The notes under the pieces were generated by a model that worked only from the letters and a program-made list of their open reading frames with translations, was not told the DNA's origin and ran no database searches. Below, in pieces: positions 13,604 to 22,039 of a DNA stretch of 64,000 bases (its first letter is position 1; each line of letters begins with the position of its first letter). This DNA is from an uncultured Thermococci archaeon (GTDB lineage Archaea > Methanobacteriota_B > Thermococci > Methanofastidiosales > Methanofastidiosaceae), in assembly GCA_964500005.1 (NCBI GenBank), contig CAZCMP010000002.1, positions 64,934-128,933 on the forward strand. The letters are read 5' to 3'. The position numbers and the translations under genes are program-made.

Positions 13604-14755
13604 TTAACATACTTTTTGTTCTTTTACCAGATTAATTAAAATAAAAGAAGCTAAGGATAACGATAGAGAAAAATAAAGGGGGTAATTCATGCCTAACGTT
13701 TTCCATAATACCCCCGCTATAAAAGAAGCGGGAAATGCGATAAGCCCAGTAATAAGTTGAAAAGACCCCAAAGAAGTAGCCCTATAGTCAAGTGGGCAGA
13801 TCTCAGAAGCCAATGTTTTTTGAGAAACTTCAATGGCTGCCTTGTATACTCCATAAATACAAAATATTATTACGATACCTAAAAAATTTCTTGTGATGAT
13901 GAAACTAAAACATACAAGTGCAAAAGACAGATAAGAAATCATCAACACTTTTTTCCTTCCAATTTTATCTGCCATCCTTCCAAAAGGATAAGAAAATACA
14001 GTGCTTGATATTGTATAAATTAAATAGAATATAGGAACTGTATATATTGAAAATCCTATGTCTTTAGCATATAATAAAAAGAAAGAATAGCTAAATGCCC
14101 CTAATGCAAATATTCCATTAATGAATACAAACAATCGAAAGTTTTTATCAAAGAGATTTATTGAAAACTTCCTTTTCTTAGTTTCAAATTTTTTCTCTTT
14201 AATAAAAATATATATTATCAAAACAGAGAAGAATGAAGGGATTGCGGCCAAGAGGATAAGGTTCCTAAATCCAAGGTATTTTAGTAATAATATCGACAAG
14301 GTAATCCCAACAATTGCACCAAAGTTATCCATTGCTCTTAAAAATCCAAAGTTGGAACCCCTATTATCCTTTGTAGATAGCTCTGCAACCATTGCATCCC
14401 TTGGGGCCCCTCTTATTTTACCGGCTCTGTCCAAGGCCTTAAATGGAACAAGATATGCCCAAGTTGGGGAGATTGCATACCCAAATCTCGCAATTGCTGA
14501 TGATAAGTACCCAGTCCAGACAAATATTTTCCTTCTTCTAAATTTGTCAGATAGGAATCCAGAGAATGCACTTGAAATTGATACTAAAGCTTCTCCGATG
14601 CCATCTATGATTCCTAAAACTAATACATCAGCACCCAAGAAAACTGTAACAAACAAAGGCCATATTGGGTATATCATATCAGAACCCATATCGTTAAAGA
14701 AAGATGCTAAAGAGAAAACATGTAAATCTCTTTTTTTATCTTTTTTATTTTCCAT
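13604..14755 (-). CDS. MFS transporter
   Basis: About 12 hydrophobic segments; GFLSDKFRRRK and GRMADKIGRKK motif A; DRAGKIRGAPRDA. Confidence 0.9.
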   Translation of the reverse strand: MENKKDKKRDLHVFSLASFFNDMGSDMIYPIWPLFVTVFLGADVLVLGIIDGIGEALVSISSAFSGFLSDKFRRRKIFVWTGYLSSAIARFGYAISPTWAYLVPFKALDRAGKIRGAPRDAMVAELSTKDNRGSNFGFLRAMDNFGAIVGITLSILLLKYLGFRNLILLAAIPSFFSVLIIYIFIKEKKFETKKRKFSINLFDKNFRLFVFINGIFALGAFSYSFFLLYAKDIGFSIYTVPIFYLIYTISSTVFSYPFGRMADKIGRKKVLMISYLSFALVCFSFIITRNFLGIVIIFCIYGVYKAAIEVSQKTLASEICPLDYRATSLGSFQLITGLIAFPASFIAGVLWKTLGMNYPLYFSLSLSLASFILINLVKEQKVC

Positions 14756-14897
14756 TTAGTTTCTCCTATTGAAATCAAAGTTTTACTATATTCATTTTAA
14801 GTTGTTTTAAATTTATTTCTTAAGAATGAATACCTCGTCTGTTAAAAGAATATTTAGAATTAGACAAAGTACTTTTTCTATTTAAGATATTAAATTT

Positions 14898-14925
14898 AAA
14901 AATAAGAAAAGAAAAAAATAAATTT
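14898..14925 (-). terminator. Oligo-U terminator after mcrA
   Basis: Minus strand reads tttatttttttcttttcttattttt just after the mcrA stop. Confidence 0.5.
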
Positions 14926-14930
14926 TTATT

Positions 14931-16592
14931 TTATGGTATAATAAGGTCTCTTTCTCCGGCAGGGACGAACTCCCTCATGGCACCTCTTCCGAACTCCTTT
15001 GTAATGTTTGCGAAGTCGAAAGGTAGTGACCTGTCGGCAAATGCGACCTTTATATGTGGAGATACTGCCCATGCATCGAACCTTGCTGCGTGTGCGGCAG
15101 CAACGATACCTGCATATGCACTCTGGTGTCCTACGTTCATTGCGTAGCTTGGGTAGTTACCTCCCCTAAGCTCGAATGGTAAACCTTCATCAGACCTGTA
15201 TGAGAAGGTGTTTGCGGCACCAATCTGATCCTGAAGGTCGAATCCGTAGAATCCGAATCTTCCCATCTGCTCTTTGTGTACATTACCTGCTAGGTACCAT
15301 GCTGAAAGACCAGCTTGAGCATTACCTGTCGCCATTGCAACAGTTGTACCTGCTGCTGCAGATATACATGTAGCTCTCTGGGATCCACCGAAGTGTGTTT
15401 CCATAACTGCTGGGTAAAGTTCATACTGCTCTAAACAGTACAAAGCAACATCTGTTCCCATCTCATTTATGAGGTTTACACTTGGTTTCTGTTTTGCAAG
15501 ATCTCCGTACTTGTCCTTTACGTGTTCCATTCCCCAGTATACAAAGTCTTCAAGGATGTTATCGGTGTATGCTGCTGTTGCATACTGTGTGAATCCGACA
15601 CCACCAGACATGTATGATCCGAGGTATATCTGGTCGTAAATTAAAGCGGCGAGTGCAATTGTTTCAAGTGAATGTCTTGCTGGGTCATCTGGGTACTTAG
15701 CCAAGGACTGTGCACAGTCTGCTACGACTCCGTACATAAGTCCACCGGGCTCATTTGGACCTCTTGCTCTTCTTGCTGGCATCATGTCAGACATCTGAAT
15801 GACTGAACCGTGCTTTGCAGCGTATGCGAAATCTCCAGTTGCGGCTTCTCCGGCACATAGGTTGTATGCACCGATAAATGCCATACCGATCTGCATTGCA
15901 CTCCATCTGGAAACTGTTCCTCCATCACAAATTCTTCCAACTACTGTTGGAATTCTAACTACCTGCCACATTGATTTTCCAACGGCCTTCTTTAATGCGG
16001 CTGCTTGGTCTGCAGGGAATTCTTTGTTTATGTCGATAACAAATCTTGAGTCAATTTCATCAATTAACTCGTCATTTCCAGAGTATACTTTAACGTATGA
16101 GTCCTTTACTAATCTTGGGTCAGTTTCAACCATGTGTTCCTGAATGACGGCTGCACCAGGCATTGCGTGGTTTACTACTTCAAGATAGTGATTAATTGTT
16201 TCTGGAGTAACCTCTTTTCCAAGTCTCTTTTCCAAAATGTTGTGTGGTGAGTCAAGACCTACAAGAATTGTTCTCCTCATATCGTCCCATGCCTGCTGCA
16301 TAGCGGCATTGTTTACGAAGTGGAGATCATCCATGTTAGCTATAATGTCTGTGTGTGAAAGCTGGTATGGCATCAATACTCTCTGACCTTGTGGCATACC
16401 TACGGTTGGGTTGTATCCCGGTATTCCTCTTTCCTTAGCAATCTGTTGACCTGCGTCGTGGAATTCTACTTTTCTCTTGTTCTGCTTGTACCCTCCATAA
16501 ACGTAGTACTTTGTCTGCTTTTGGTCTGGAGCTTCCTCGAATTTCTTTTTCATTGCCTGCATAAAGTTATGTTTTTCATCTTTATATACCAT
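14931..16592 (-). CDS. mcrA: Methyl-coenzyme M reductase alpha subunit
   Basis: AAVIQEHM (axial Gln), [54 protein letters not shown]. Confidence 0.99.
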   Translation of the reverse strand: MVYKDEKHNFMQAMKKKFEEAPDQKQTKYYVYGGYKQNKRKVEFHDAGQQIAKERGIPGYNPTVGMPQGQRVLMPYQLSHTDIIANMDDLHFVNNAAMQQAWDDMRRTILVGLDSPHNILEKRLGKEVTPETINHYLEVVNHAMPGAAVIQEHMVETDPRLVKDSYVKVYSGNDELIDEIDSRFVIDINKEFPADQAAALKKAVGKSMWQVVRIPTVVGRICDGGTVSRWSAMQIGMAFIGAYNLCAGEAATGDFAYAAKHGSVIQMSDMMPARRARGPNEPGGLMYGVVADCAQSLAKYPDDPARHSLETIALAALIYDQIYLGSYMSGGVGFTQYATAAYTDNILEDFVYWGMEHVKDKYGDLAKQKPSVNLINEMGTDVALYCLEQYELYPAVMETHFGGSQRATCISAAAGTTVAMATGNAQAGLSAWYLAGNVHKEQMGRFGFYGFDLQDQIGAANTFSYRSDEGLPFELRGGNYPSYAMNVGHQSAYAGIVAAAHAARFDAWAVSPHIKVAFADRSLPFDFANITKEFGRGAMREFVPAGERDLIIP

Positions 16593-16605
16593 TCATATCC
16601 CCTCC

Positions 16606-17385
16606 TTAAAACTTGGCCTCCTTAAATGGCTCGAATCCTGCAAAGGATCTCTCCCAGTGAACATTCTGTACCATCTGAAGAACTTCGGCGTCTTGTTTTA
16701 TTGTGACACCATCTGCCCTGTAAATTGTTGTTCTTTTCATCAATTCAGCTTCGGATAGTGGCTTACCAACAGATATAGGAGCGGGTATTTCTTCTCCAAC
16801 CATATTCTTTACATACTTAACTTCGCCTGTGCTCTTGTCAAATACATATCTTTGCATAGCATCAAACATAATGCCGTTTTCATCAAGTCTTAGGGCATGT
16901 CCGTGGACTGTTCTTCCTCTAATACCTGTTCTAGCGGCATCAAATGTTTCAGATTCTATAAGCTCCTTAGCTATTGCTTCAACATCTCTTTCTCTTGCTT
17001 CTACTACGTGTCTTCCAGAGAGTGTTCCACTGTCCATTCCTCTGTACCTGTATGAGTACATCCATGACCTCTGGTAAGGAGATATTGGGGCAAAGTAAAC
17101 GGAGTCAGTAAACTGAACATACCTAATTCTGTCTCCTGCTTTTGCACCAGGTGTTGGTTCTACAAGTTCTCTTATAGGGCATTCTGGTTCTCCCATTTCC
17201 TCTAATGGCGGGTGAACGCTCTTGTAGTCCTCTCCAGGCTGTCTGTGGCCAAGAACTCTTACAACATCCTCATCGGATACTGATCTTAACTTTTGGAGTT
17301 TGTATTCAGGATCCATATATTTTTTTCTGTTTATTGATGGATCTGATTTTCCAGGGAAAAATTGTGCTTTATATTTCATATTCAT
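16606..17385 (-). CDS. mcrG: Methyl-coenzyme M reductase gamma subunit
   Basis: LGHRQPGEDYKSVHPPL, GDRIRYVQF, GTLSGR, VHGHALRLDENG. Confidence 0.98.
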   Translation of the reverse strand: MNMKYKAQFFPGKSDPSINRKKYMDPEYKLQKLRSVSDEDVVRVLGHRQPGEDYKSVHPPLEEMGEPECPIRELVEPTPGAKAGDRIRYVQFTDSVYFAPISPYQRSWMYSYRYRGMDSGTLSGRHVVEARERDVEAIAKELIESETFDAARTGIRGRTVHGHALRLDENGIMFDAMQRYVFDKSTGEVKYVKNMVGEEIPAPISVGKPLSEAELMKRTTIYRADGVTIKQDAEVLQMVQNVHWERSFAGFEPFKEAKF

Positions 17386-17390
17386 TCCTC

Positions 17391-17708
17391 CTAATTTAGA
17401 CCCTTTATGTAGTCAGAAACGCCTTTCTTATATTTTGTAAATCGACCTAATTCAATGTTATATCCAAAAGGTAGGTGTTCGTCACAAATATCTTTTATAA
17501 CTCTCTGGACATCTTCATTATTGTCCTCTACTTCAATCCATATCCATCCAACCATATAATTCTCATTTTCATTTGAATTTATGGAAGGTCCGTGGACTGA
17601 AACGTTTGTGACAAAGTCAAACCTAGTGAGTTCATCAGTGATCTTGTCTGCAGTTTCTTTTGATATCAATTTGAAAGGAAATATCTGTATCTCGGGCCTA
17701 ATTTTCAA
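17391..17708 (-). CDS. mcrD: MCR operon protein D (short form)
   Basis: EIQIFP..LI..ETA, VHGP, VGWIWIE, LPFGY...GRF, VSDY; lies between mcrB and mcrG; TTG start after GGAGGAG. Confidence 0.85.
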   Translation of the reverse strand: MKIRPEIQIFPFKLISKETADKITDELTRFDFVTNVSVHGPSINSNENENYMVGWIWIEVEDNNEDVQRVIKDICDEHLPFGYNIELGRFTKYKKGVSDYIKGLN

Positions 17709-17719
17709 TTTTACTCCTC

Positions 17720-19048
17720 CTAAATACCTCCCTTAATCTTGGCAGCGGCTTGATTTACATACTTCATTGGTTCTGCAAATTCAGGTACTGTTGAGAACAC
17801 TTCTTTGATTAATCCAGATGTTGCCTCTGGTGAGAACATCTGAGTTCCTGCATCTAATGCCATTGCGGCAGCGATACATGGAATTACAAATCCTTTTGAG
17901 TGTCTTGTAACGATGTGGTTTCCGTTGAATATACCTGGTCCTCCTCCACCATAAATGGAGTGGGAGAAGAATGACATACCAACAGTTGTACCCTGGGCTC
18001 TTCCGAAGTCTACACCAGGTAAACCTGTTTCATGCTCAACTAAGTCGTTAAAGTATAAAACTGTTGAAGGTATTCCTTGACCGGCTCTCATTGCACCACA
18101 GTTTACCATAACTGACGCAAGCATTCCAGATGCCGCGTATGCGTTCCATAATGCAATATCTTTTGTCTTGTAAACTTTGTAGCCAGAAGGTAACGTCTTG
18201 TCTACTGCTATAACTTTATCTTCAATTGCTTTTCCAACTAAGGTTTCAACAACTGATCCTATTGTTCCGTTCTTTCCATTTTCTTTAACTAATTCGTAGG
18301 TTATATTGTTTGCATTCATTCCCTGGTATGCAAGTCCCAAGAGATGCATTCTCTCAAATGGGCCTATTGCATCTCCCATTTCAAACATTGCAGTTTGTTC
18401 AAGGATTGATGCAAGTGCGGCTGAGTTCATTGCATTCTTCTTTGTTGTGGCAACTATGTGGTTAACCATAATGTTTCTTAGAGAGTATCCAAGACCTTCG
18501 TTTTTCTGTGGAACTTCAAGCATAGCTTGAATCTTTGCTCCCTTAAGATCAAGTGTCTGTGGGTAGGCCCCCCATATTGCGGCCTTTACAACGTTTGCAT
18601 CAAATATGCTAACATCGAAAACATCTATAATTGCTTGTGTTACGGCTGCTGCTGTTGCAGTCATACCAACACTATATTCAGCAAAAATTCTGTTTGTGGG
18701 TATCTGAACAAGCATTCTCTCATTGTTTCCTAAAAGCGTTACTAAAGTATCGTCTTTTGCATCAACTTTAAGAATTTCTTCTACTCTTTGTTTGATCTCT
18801 GGTGCTTTCCCAACAACATCTAATTTCATTTCTCTACCAAGAATTATTTGGCCTTTTCCGCCTAATGCTCCTGTGGCAAGTGCTGATTGGGCGCCTTTGA
18901 GATCGACAGCAACTGTTCTGACAACTTTGGATACTATACTCTTTATAGCCTCATTTTTTAGAGGACTAAGAGCTTCCAAGGGGACTCCACTCTCAACGAG
19001 TTTACCCCTGTCAGAATACAAATCTATTTTGTCGCTATATTTTGGCAT
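17720..19048 (-). CDS. mcrB: Methyl-coenzyme M reductase beta subunit (likely start ATG 19048, [11 protein letters not shown])
   Basis: [47 protein letters not shown] precedes 19048, so the ORF-track start at 19114 is too long. Confidence 0.98.
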   Translation of the reverse strand: MPKYSDKIDLYSDRGKLVESGVPLEALSPLKNEAIKSIVSKVVRTVAVDLKGAQSALATGALGGKGQIILGREMKLDVVGKAPEIKQRVEEILKVDAKDDTLVTLLGNNERMLVQIPTNRIFAEYSVGMTATAAAVTQAIIDVFDVSIFDANVVKAAIWGAYPQTLDLKGAKIQAMLEVPQKNEGLGYSLRNIMVNHIVATTKKNAMNSAALASILEQTAMFEMGDAIGPFERMHLLGLAYQGMNANNITYELVKENGKNGTIGSVVETLVGKAIEDKVIAVDKTLPSGYKVYKTKDIALWNAYAASGMLASVMVNCGAMRAGQGIPSTVLYFNDLVEHETGLPGVDFGRAQGTTVGMSFFSHSIYGGGGPGIFNGNHIVTRHSKGFVIPCIAAAMALDAGTQMFSPEATSGLIKEVFSTVPEFAEPMKYVNQAAAKIKGGI

Positions 19049-19068
19049 ATAGTATTCCTCCTTTTTTT

Positions 19069-19128
19069 TGATATCCAAAAACAGGATATCATGTCCAAGA
19101 TTCCTAAAGTCCATTAAACGGACTTCAG
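19069..19128 (-). promoter_or_regulatory. Two stem-loops in the mcrB 5' leader
   Basis: tgatatcc-N7-ggatatca (19069-19091) and, on the mRNA strand, CUGAAGUCC-N7-GGACUUUAG (19128-19104). Confidence 0.6.
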
Positions 19129-19146
19129 AAATACCTAATACAAATA

Positions 19147-19162
19147 ATATTTAAGTGTTTCT
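19147..19162 (-). promoter_or_regulatory. Candidate BRE/TATA of the mcr operon
   Basis: Minus strand agaaacaCTTAAATAt; the same CTTAAATA box occurs upstream of both tRNAs and atwA. Confidence 0.55.
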
Positions 19163-19366
19163 ATTTAGAATATTTATTTAATACGTCAAATTTTAAAAAT
19201 GGCCCAAAGTTAGTTTAATAATAAATTATATTAATAATAGTATATTTAATTATAAAATTATAAATATAATATATTGATAAATATTAAAGGAATACGATAA
19301 ATAAATAAAAATATTGGTATATTTAATTTTGAGAAGAACTTTCTGCCGAAAGATTTCTTATGAAAA

Positions 19367-20143
19367 CTAAATATCTTCCAAGATCTGATAAATTTCATCA
19401 AGATTTATTTGATAATCCTCTATTTTACCTTCGTCACAAAGTTTAGATATGTCTGGGTCGATAGGTATGCTGCCTATTAAAGGAAGCTCCAACTTAGACC
19501 TTCCCCCATCTCCGAATACATCTATTTTTTTGCCACATTTAGGGCATGACGCATAGGCCATATTCTCGACTACGCCCAATACCTTAACATTTAATTCCTC
19601 TGCCATTGAAACTGCTTTTTTTACTATTGTTGCGGCCAATACCTGTGGCGAACTTACAACTACAAATCCATCCAATTTTATATTTTGCATTAAAGTGAGT
19701 TGAACATCGCTAGTTCCAGGAGGAAGATCAAACAACAAGTAATCAATATCTTCCCATACTACGTCTGCTAGAAATTGAGAAACTACGCCACTTATCCTAA
19801 GCCCCCTCCAAATAACTGCTTCTCCATTATTCGGTAAGAAAAGACTCATTGACATAATCTTGATTCCACTTTTAGAAAGTACTGGTAGTATCCCAGAACT
19901 TCCCCCAATTGGTCTTTCATCTATGCCAAACATCATTGGTATACTTGGTCCAGTTATATCAAGATCTAATACCCCTACAGTTTTTCCCTGTTTTGCAAGA
20001 TAGGATGCAATTAGGGAAGTTACGACGGATTTTCCTACTCCGCCTTTACCACTTCCAATAGCAATTTTCTTCCCAATCTTTGACATTCTTTCATCAATGT
20101 TCATTTTTTGAATTCTTAATTGCTCTTTGAGATTTGATTCCAT
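19367..20143 (-). CDS. mrp: Mrp/NBP35 family Fe-S cluster carrier ATPase
   Basis: SGKGGVGKS, DLDITGPS, AVIWRG, DLPPGTSD, VENMAY..CPKC. Confidence 0.93.
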   Translation of the reverse strand: MESNLKEQLRIQKMNIDERMSKIGKKIAIGSGKGGVGKSVVTSLIASYLAKQGKTVGVLDLDITGPSIPMMFGIDERPIGGSSGILPVLSKSGIKIMSMSLFLPNNGEAVIWRGLRISGVVSQFLADVVWEDIDYLLFDLPPGTSDVQLTLMQNIKLDGFVVVSSPQVLAATIVKKAVSMAEELNVKVLGVVENMAYASCPKCGKKIDVFGDGGRSKLELPLIGSIPIDPDISKLCDEGKIEDYQINLDEIYQILEDI

Positions 20144-20190
20144 TTTTATCCCCTGAATAACTAAAGTCTACCTATACAGAACGATCCTTT

Positions 20191-20559
20191 TCAATGCATA
20201 TGATCTCTGCATGCTTCATCGTTTGACATTTTGTGAAGTTTTCCTTGAATAAAGTAATTTAAGGCTTCTTTTGCAGATCCTTGTATAGCTATATAAATTT
20301 CAACATTTTCAGACCTCAATCTTTCTAAAGCTCGTGGTCCGGCCCCAAGACATATTAAAGCTTGAATTTTTTTTTCTAAAAGTATGTCAGAAGGGGTTAA
20401 AGCCCCTCCAAAATGTTCTCCGCTATTTTTAATTATTTCAGTAGAGCTAATCAAATTATCTCTAAGATCTACTACAGTAAATGTTGGAGCTTTGCCAAAA
20501 TGGGGAAATATTTCATCTTCTAGGCCTCCAACAAATCCAGTTGGTATTGCTACTTTCGT
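20191..20559 (-). CDS. NifX/NifB-C-terminal (FeMo-co binding) family protein; apparent ACG start at 20559
   Basis: The frame extends 35 codons upstream of the ORF-track start: (ACG)KVAIPTGFVGGLEDEIFPHFGKAPTFTVVD...ALICLGAGPRA..L...VEIY...ACRDHMH; GGAGG 7 nt upstream. Confidence 0.85.
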   Translation of the reverse strand, partial: TKVAIPTGFVGGLEDEIFPHFGKAPTFTVVDLRDNLISSTEIIKNSGEHFGGALTPSDILLEKKIQALICLGAGPRALERLRSENVEIYIAIQGSAKEALNYFIQGKLHKMSNDEACRDHMH

Positions 20560-20581
20560 AATATCGCCTCCAAGTAATTAT

Positions 20582-20779
20582 TTAATTTTTATCTTCTCTT
20601 AACATAGATTGATTTGACCTACAAAGTCCTCTTCTGCCACCATATCCACCACCATTAACTCTGTGGACATTTGAACTGTTACATTTTGGACACTTCAAGT
20701 TAATTCCCATTTGTCCATTTCCGTGGGGCAAGTCCCATTGATGGCCACAATCATAGCATTTAAACTTCCTATTTTCCAT
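20582..20779 (-). CDS. Small Zn-ribbon protein
   Basis: FKCYDCGHQW...CPKCNSSNVHR, Gly/Arg-rich tail; RBS AAGGAG. Confidence 0.8.
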   Translation of the reverse strand: MENRKFKCYDCGHQWDLPHGNGQMGINLKCPKCNSSNVHRVNGGGYGGRRGLCRSNQSMLREDKN

Positions 20780-20810
20780 AATGAATCTCCTTAATTAATA
20801 AGGCATTTTC

Positions 20811-20839
20811 AATATGAATATTTATTCATATTTTATAAA
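20811..20839 (-). promoter_or_regulatory. TATA box (TTTATAAA) followed by a perfect 10-2-10 palindromic operator
   Basis: AATATGAATA-TT-TATTCATATT at 20811-20832 abutting the TATA at 20832-20839. Confidence 0.7.
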
Positions 20840-20855
20840 TCTAACTGTTATTGAA

Positions 20856-21365
20856 TTATAGGATTAAAATTGCAACTAATCCTGAACCTACAATGAAAAA
20901 TATTGGATCAACTTTAGTTTTAACAAGTAAAATAAATATTGATAATATCATTATTATAGCTTTTACGTCAAAATTTATCAAAAATTGGATTCCCAAGGAG
21001 TAGAGTGTTATAAATACAAGAACTGAAGTTCCAAGAGCTAAAGATTTAATCAAAGATTCTCTTTTTAATTTAATCGATTTTTTTAAAATTAGATATAAGA
21101 TGATTATTATTATAGGTGGCAAGATCAAGAAAAATGTAGTTAATAATGCGCCAGCTAGCCCATAATACTTATACCCAATATATGTGGCCATATTTACTGC
21201 TATTGGACCTGGCGTTATTTGTGCTGCAGTTAAAACCTCTTTGAATTCGAGAAAGGTCAAATAATTTTGACTTATGAGGATATCCTTTATCAGTCCAACA
21301 ACAGCCCATCCTCCCCCAAAGGCCATTGCTCCTATGTATAAGAATATAAAAAGAATATTTATCAA
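20856..21365 (-). CDS. Short-chain chromate transporter (CHR family), subunit 2
   Basis: AFGGG, AQITPGPIAVNMATYIGYK. Confidence 0.9.
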   Translation of the reverse strand: MINILFIFLYIGAMAFGGGWAVVGLIKDILISQNYLTFLEFKEVLTAAQITPGPIAVNMATYIGYKYYGLAGALLTTFFLILPPIIIIILYLILKKSIKLKRESLIKSLALGTSVLVFITLYSLGIQFLINFDVKAIIMILSIFILLVKTKVDPIFFIVGSGLVAILIL

Positions 21366-21916
21366 TTAACTGCCCCCTTCTCATAAAAGTAATTTATCAT
21401 AATTAAAAATAGAAAAATAAAAAATGTCAAGTTTCTATTTATGATTAAAGCAGTTATTCCAAAGAAAAAAAGAATAATATTAATTTTATTAAACTTAAAA
21501 TTTTTTAGTATTTTATATAATACATAAGAAGTCAAACCAACAGTTGCAATATAACATCCATCTAAAAATTTTTTTAGGTAAATACTGCCAGAATAATTTT
21601 GTATTATGCTTGCGACTACAAGTATAGCAAAAAATGGGGGAATCATTACCCCAAACGATGCAAAAAATGCGCCCCAAAATCCTCTTAATTTCATTCCCAA
21701 TAATACAGACAGATTGAATGCAATAGAGCCTGGCATAGACTGTGCAACTGAAAGAATATTAAAGAACTCCTTTTCAGTAATGAGTTTTTTATTAAGGAGA
21801 TTTCTTTCAATTGCAGGCACCATAGCGTATCCACCCCCAATTGTAAATACTGATATTTTAATGAAAATATAAAAGATGGACAGTAATTCTCTGTTTTTTG
21901 AAATGAATGCTCTCAT
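21362..21916 (-). CDS. Short-chain chromate transporter (CHR family), subunit 1
   Basis: FTIGGGYAM, AQSMPGSIAFN; 4-nt overlap with its partner. Confidence 0.9.
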   Translation of the reverse strand: MRAFISKNRELLSIFYIFIKISVFTIGGGYAMVPAIERNLLNKKLITEKEFFNILSVAQSMPGSIAFNLSVLLGMKLRGFWGAFFASFGVMIPPFFAILVVASIIQNYSGSIYLKKFLDGCYIATVGLTSYVLYKILKNFKFNKINIILFFFGITALIINRNLTFFIFLFLIMINYFYEKGAVN

Positions 21917-22039
21917 CTAATCAAACTCTTATAGTTCTAAAGTCTATATAAATATATTATTAAAAAATATTTATGAATTTATATTCTTAAACCAAAAACT
22001 TAAATATGGTTAGATACTTTAACATCACATAAACAACAG

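Noticed and set aside
14931..19048. Possibility of an alkane-activating (ACR/ECR) or ANME-type enzyme
   Set aside because: Substrate-pocket aromatics are canonical (alpha GVGFTQY and GFYG, beta FFSHSIY) and there are no large insertions.
19049..19114. 22-aa N-terminal extension of McrB in the ORF track
   Set aside because: The RBS and the conserved N-terminus point to ATG 19048; the extension is leader sequence.
19331..19360. Hairpin with a GAA/A-like internal loop resembling an archaeal SECIS
   Set aside because: The lower stem is weak, the G-C pairs after GAA are missing, it is on the opposite strand to the neighbouring genes, and no nearby gene has an in-frame TGA.
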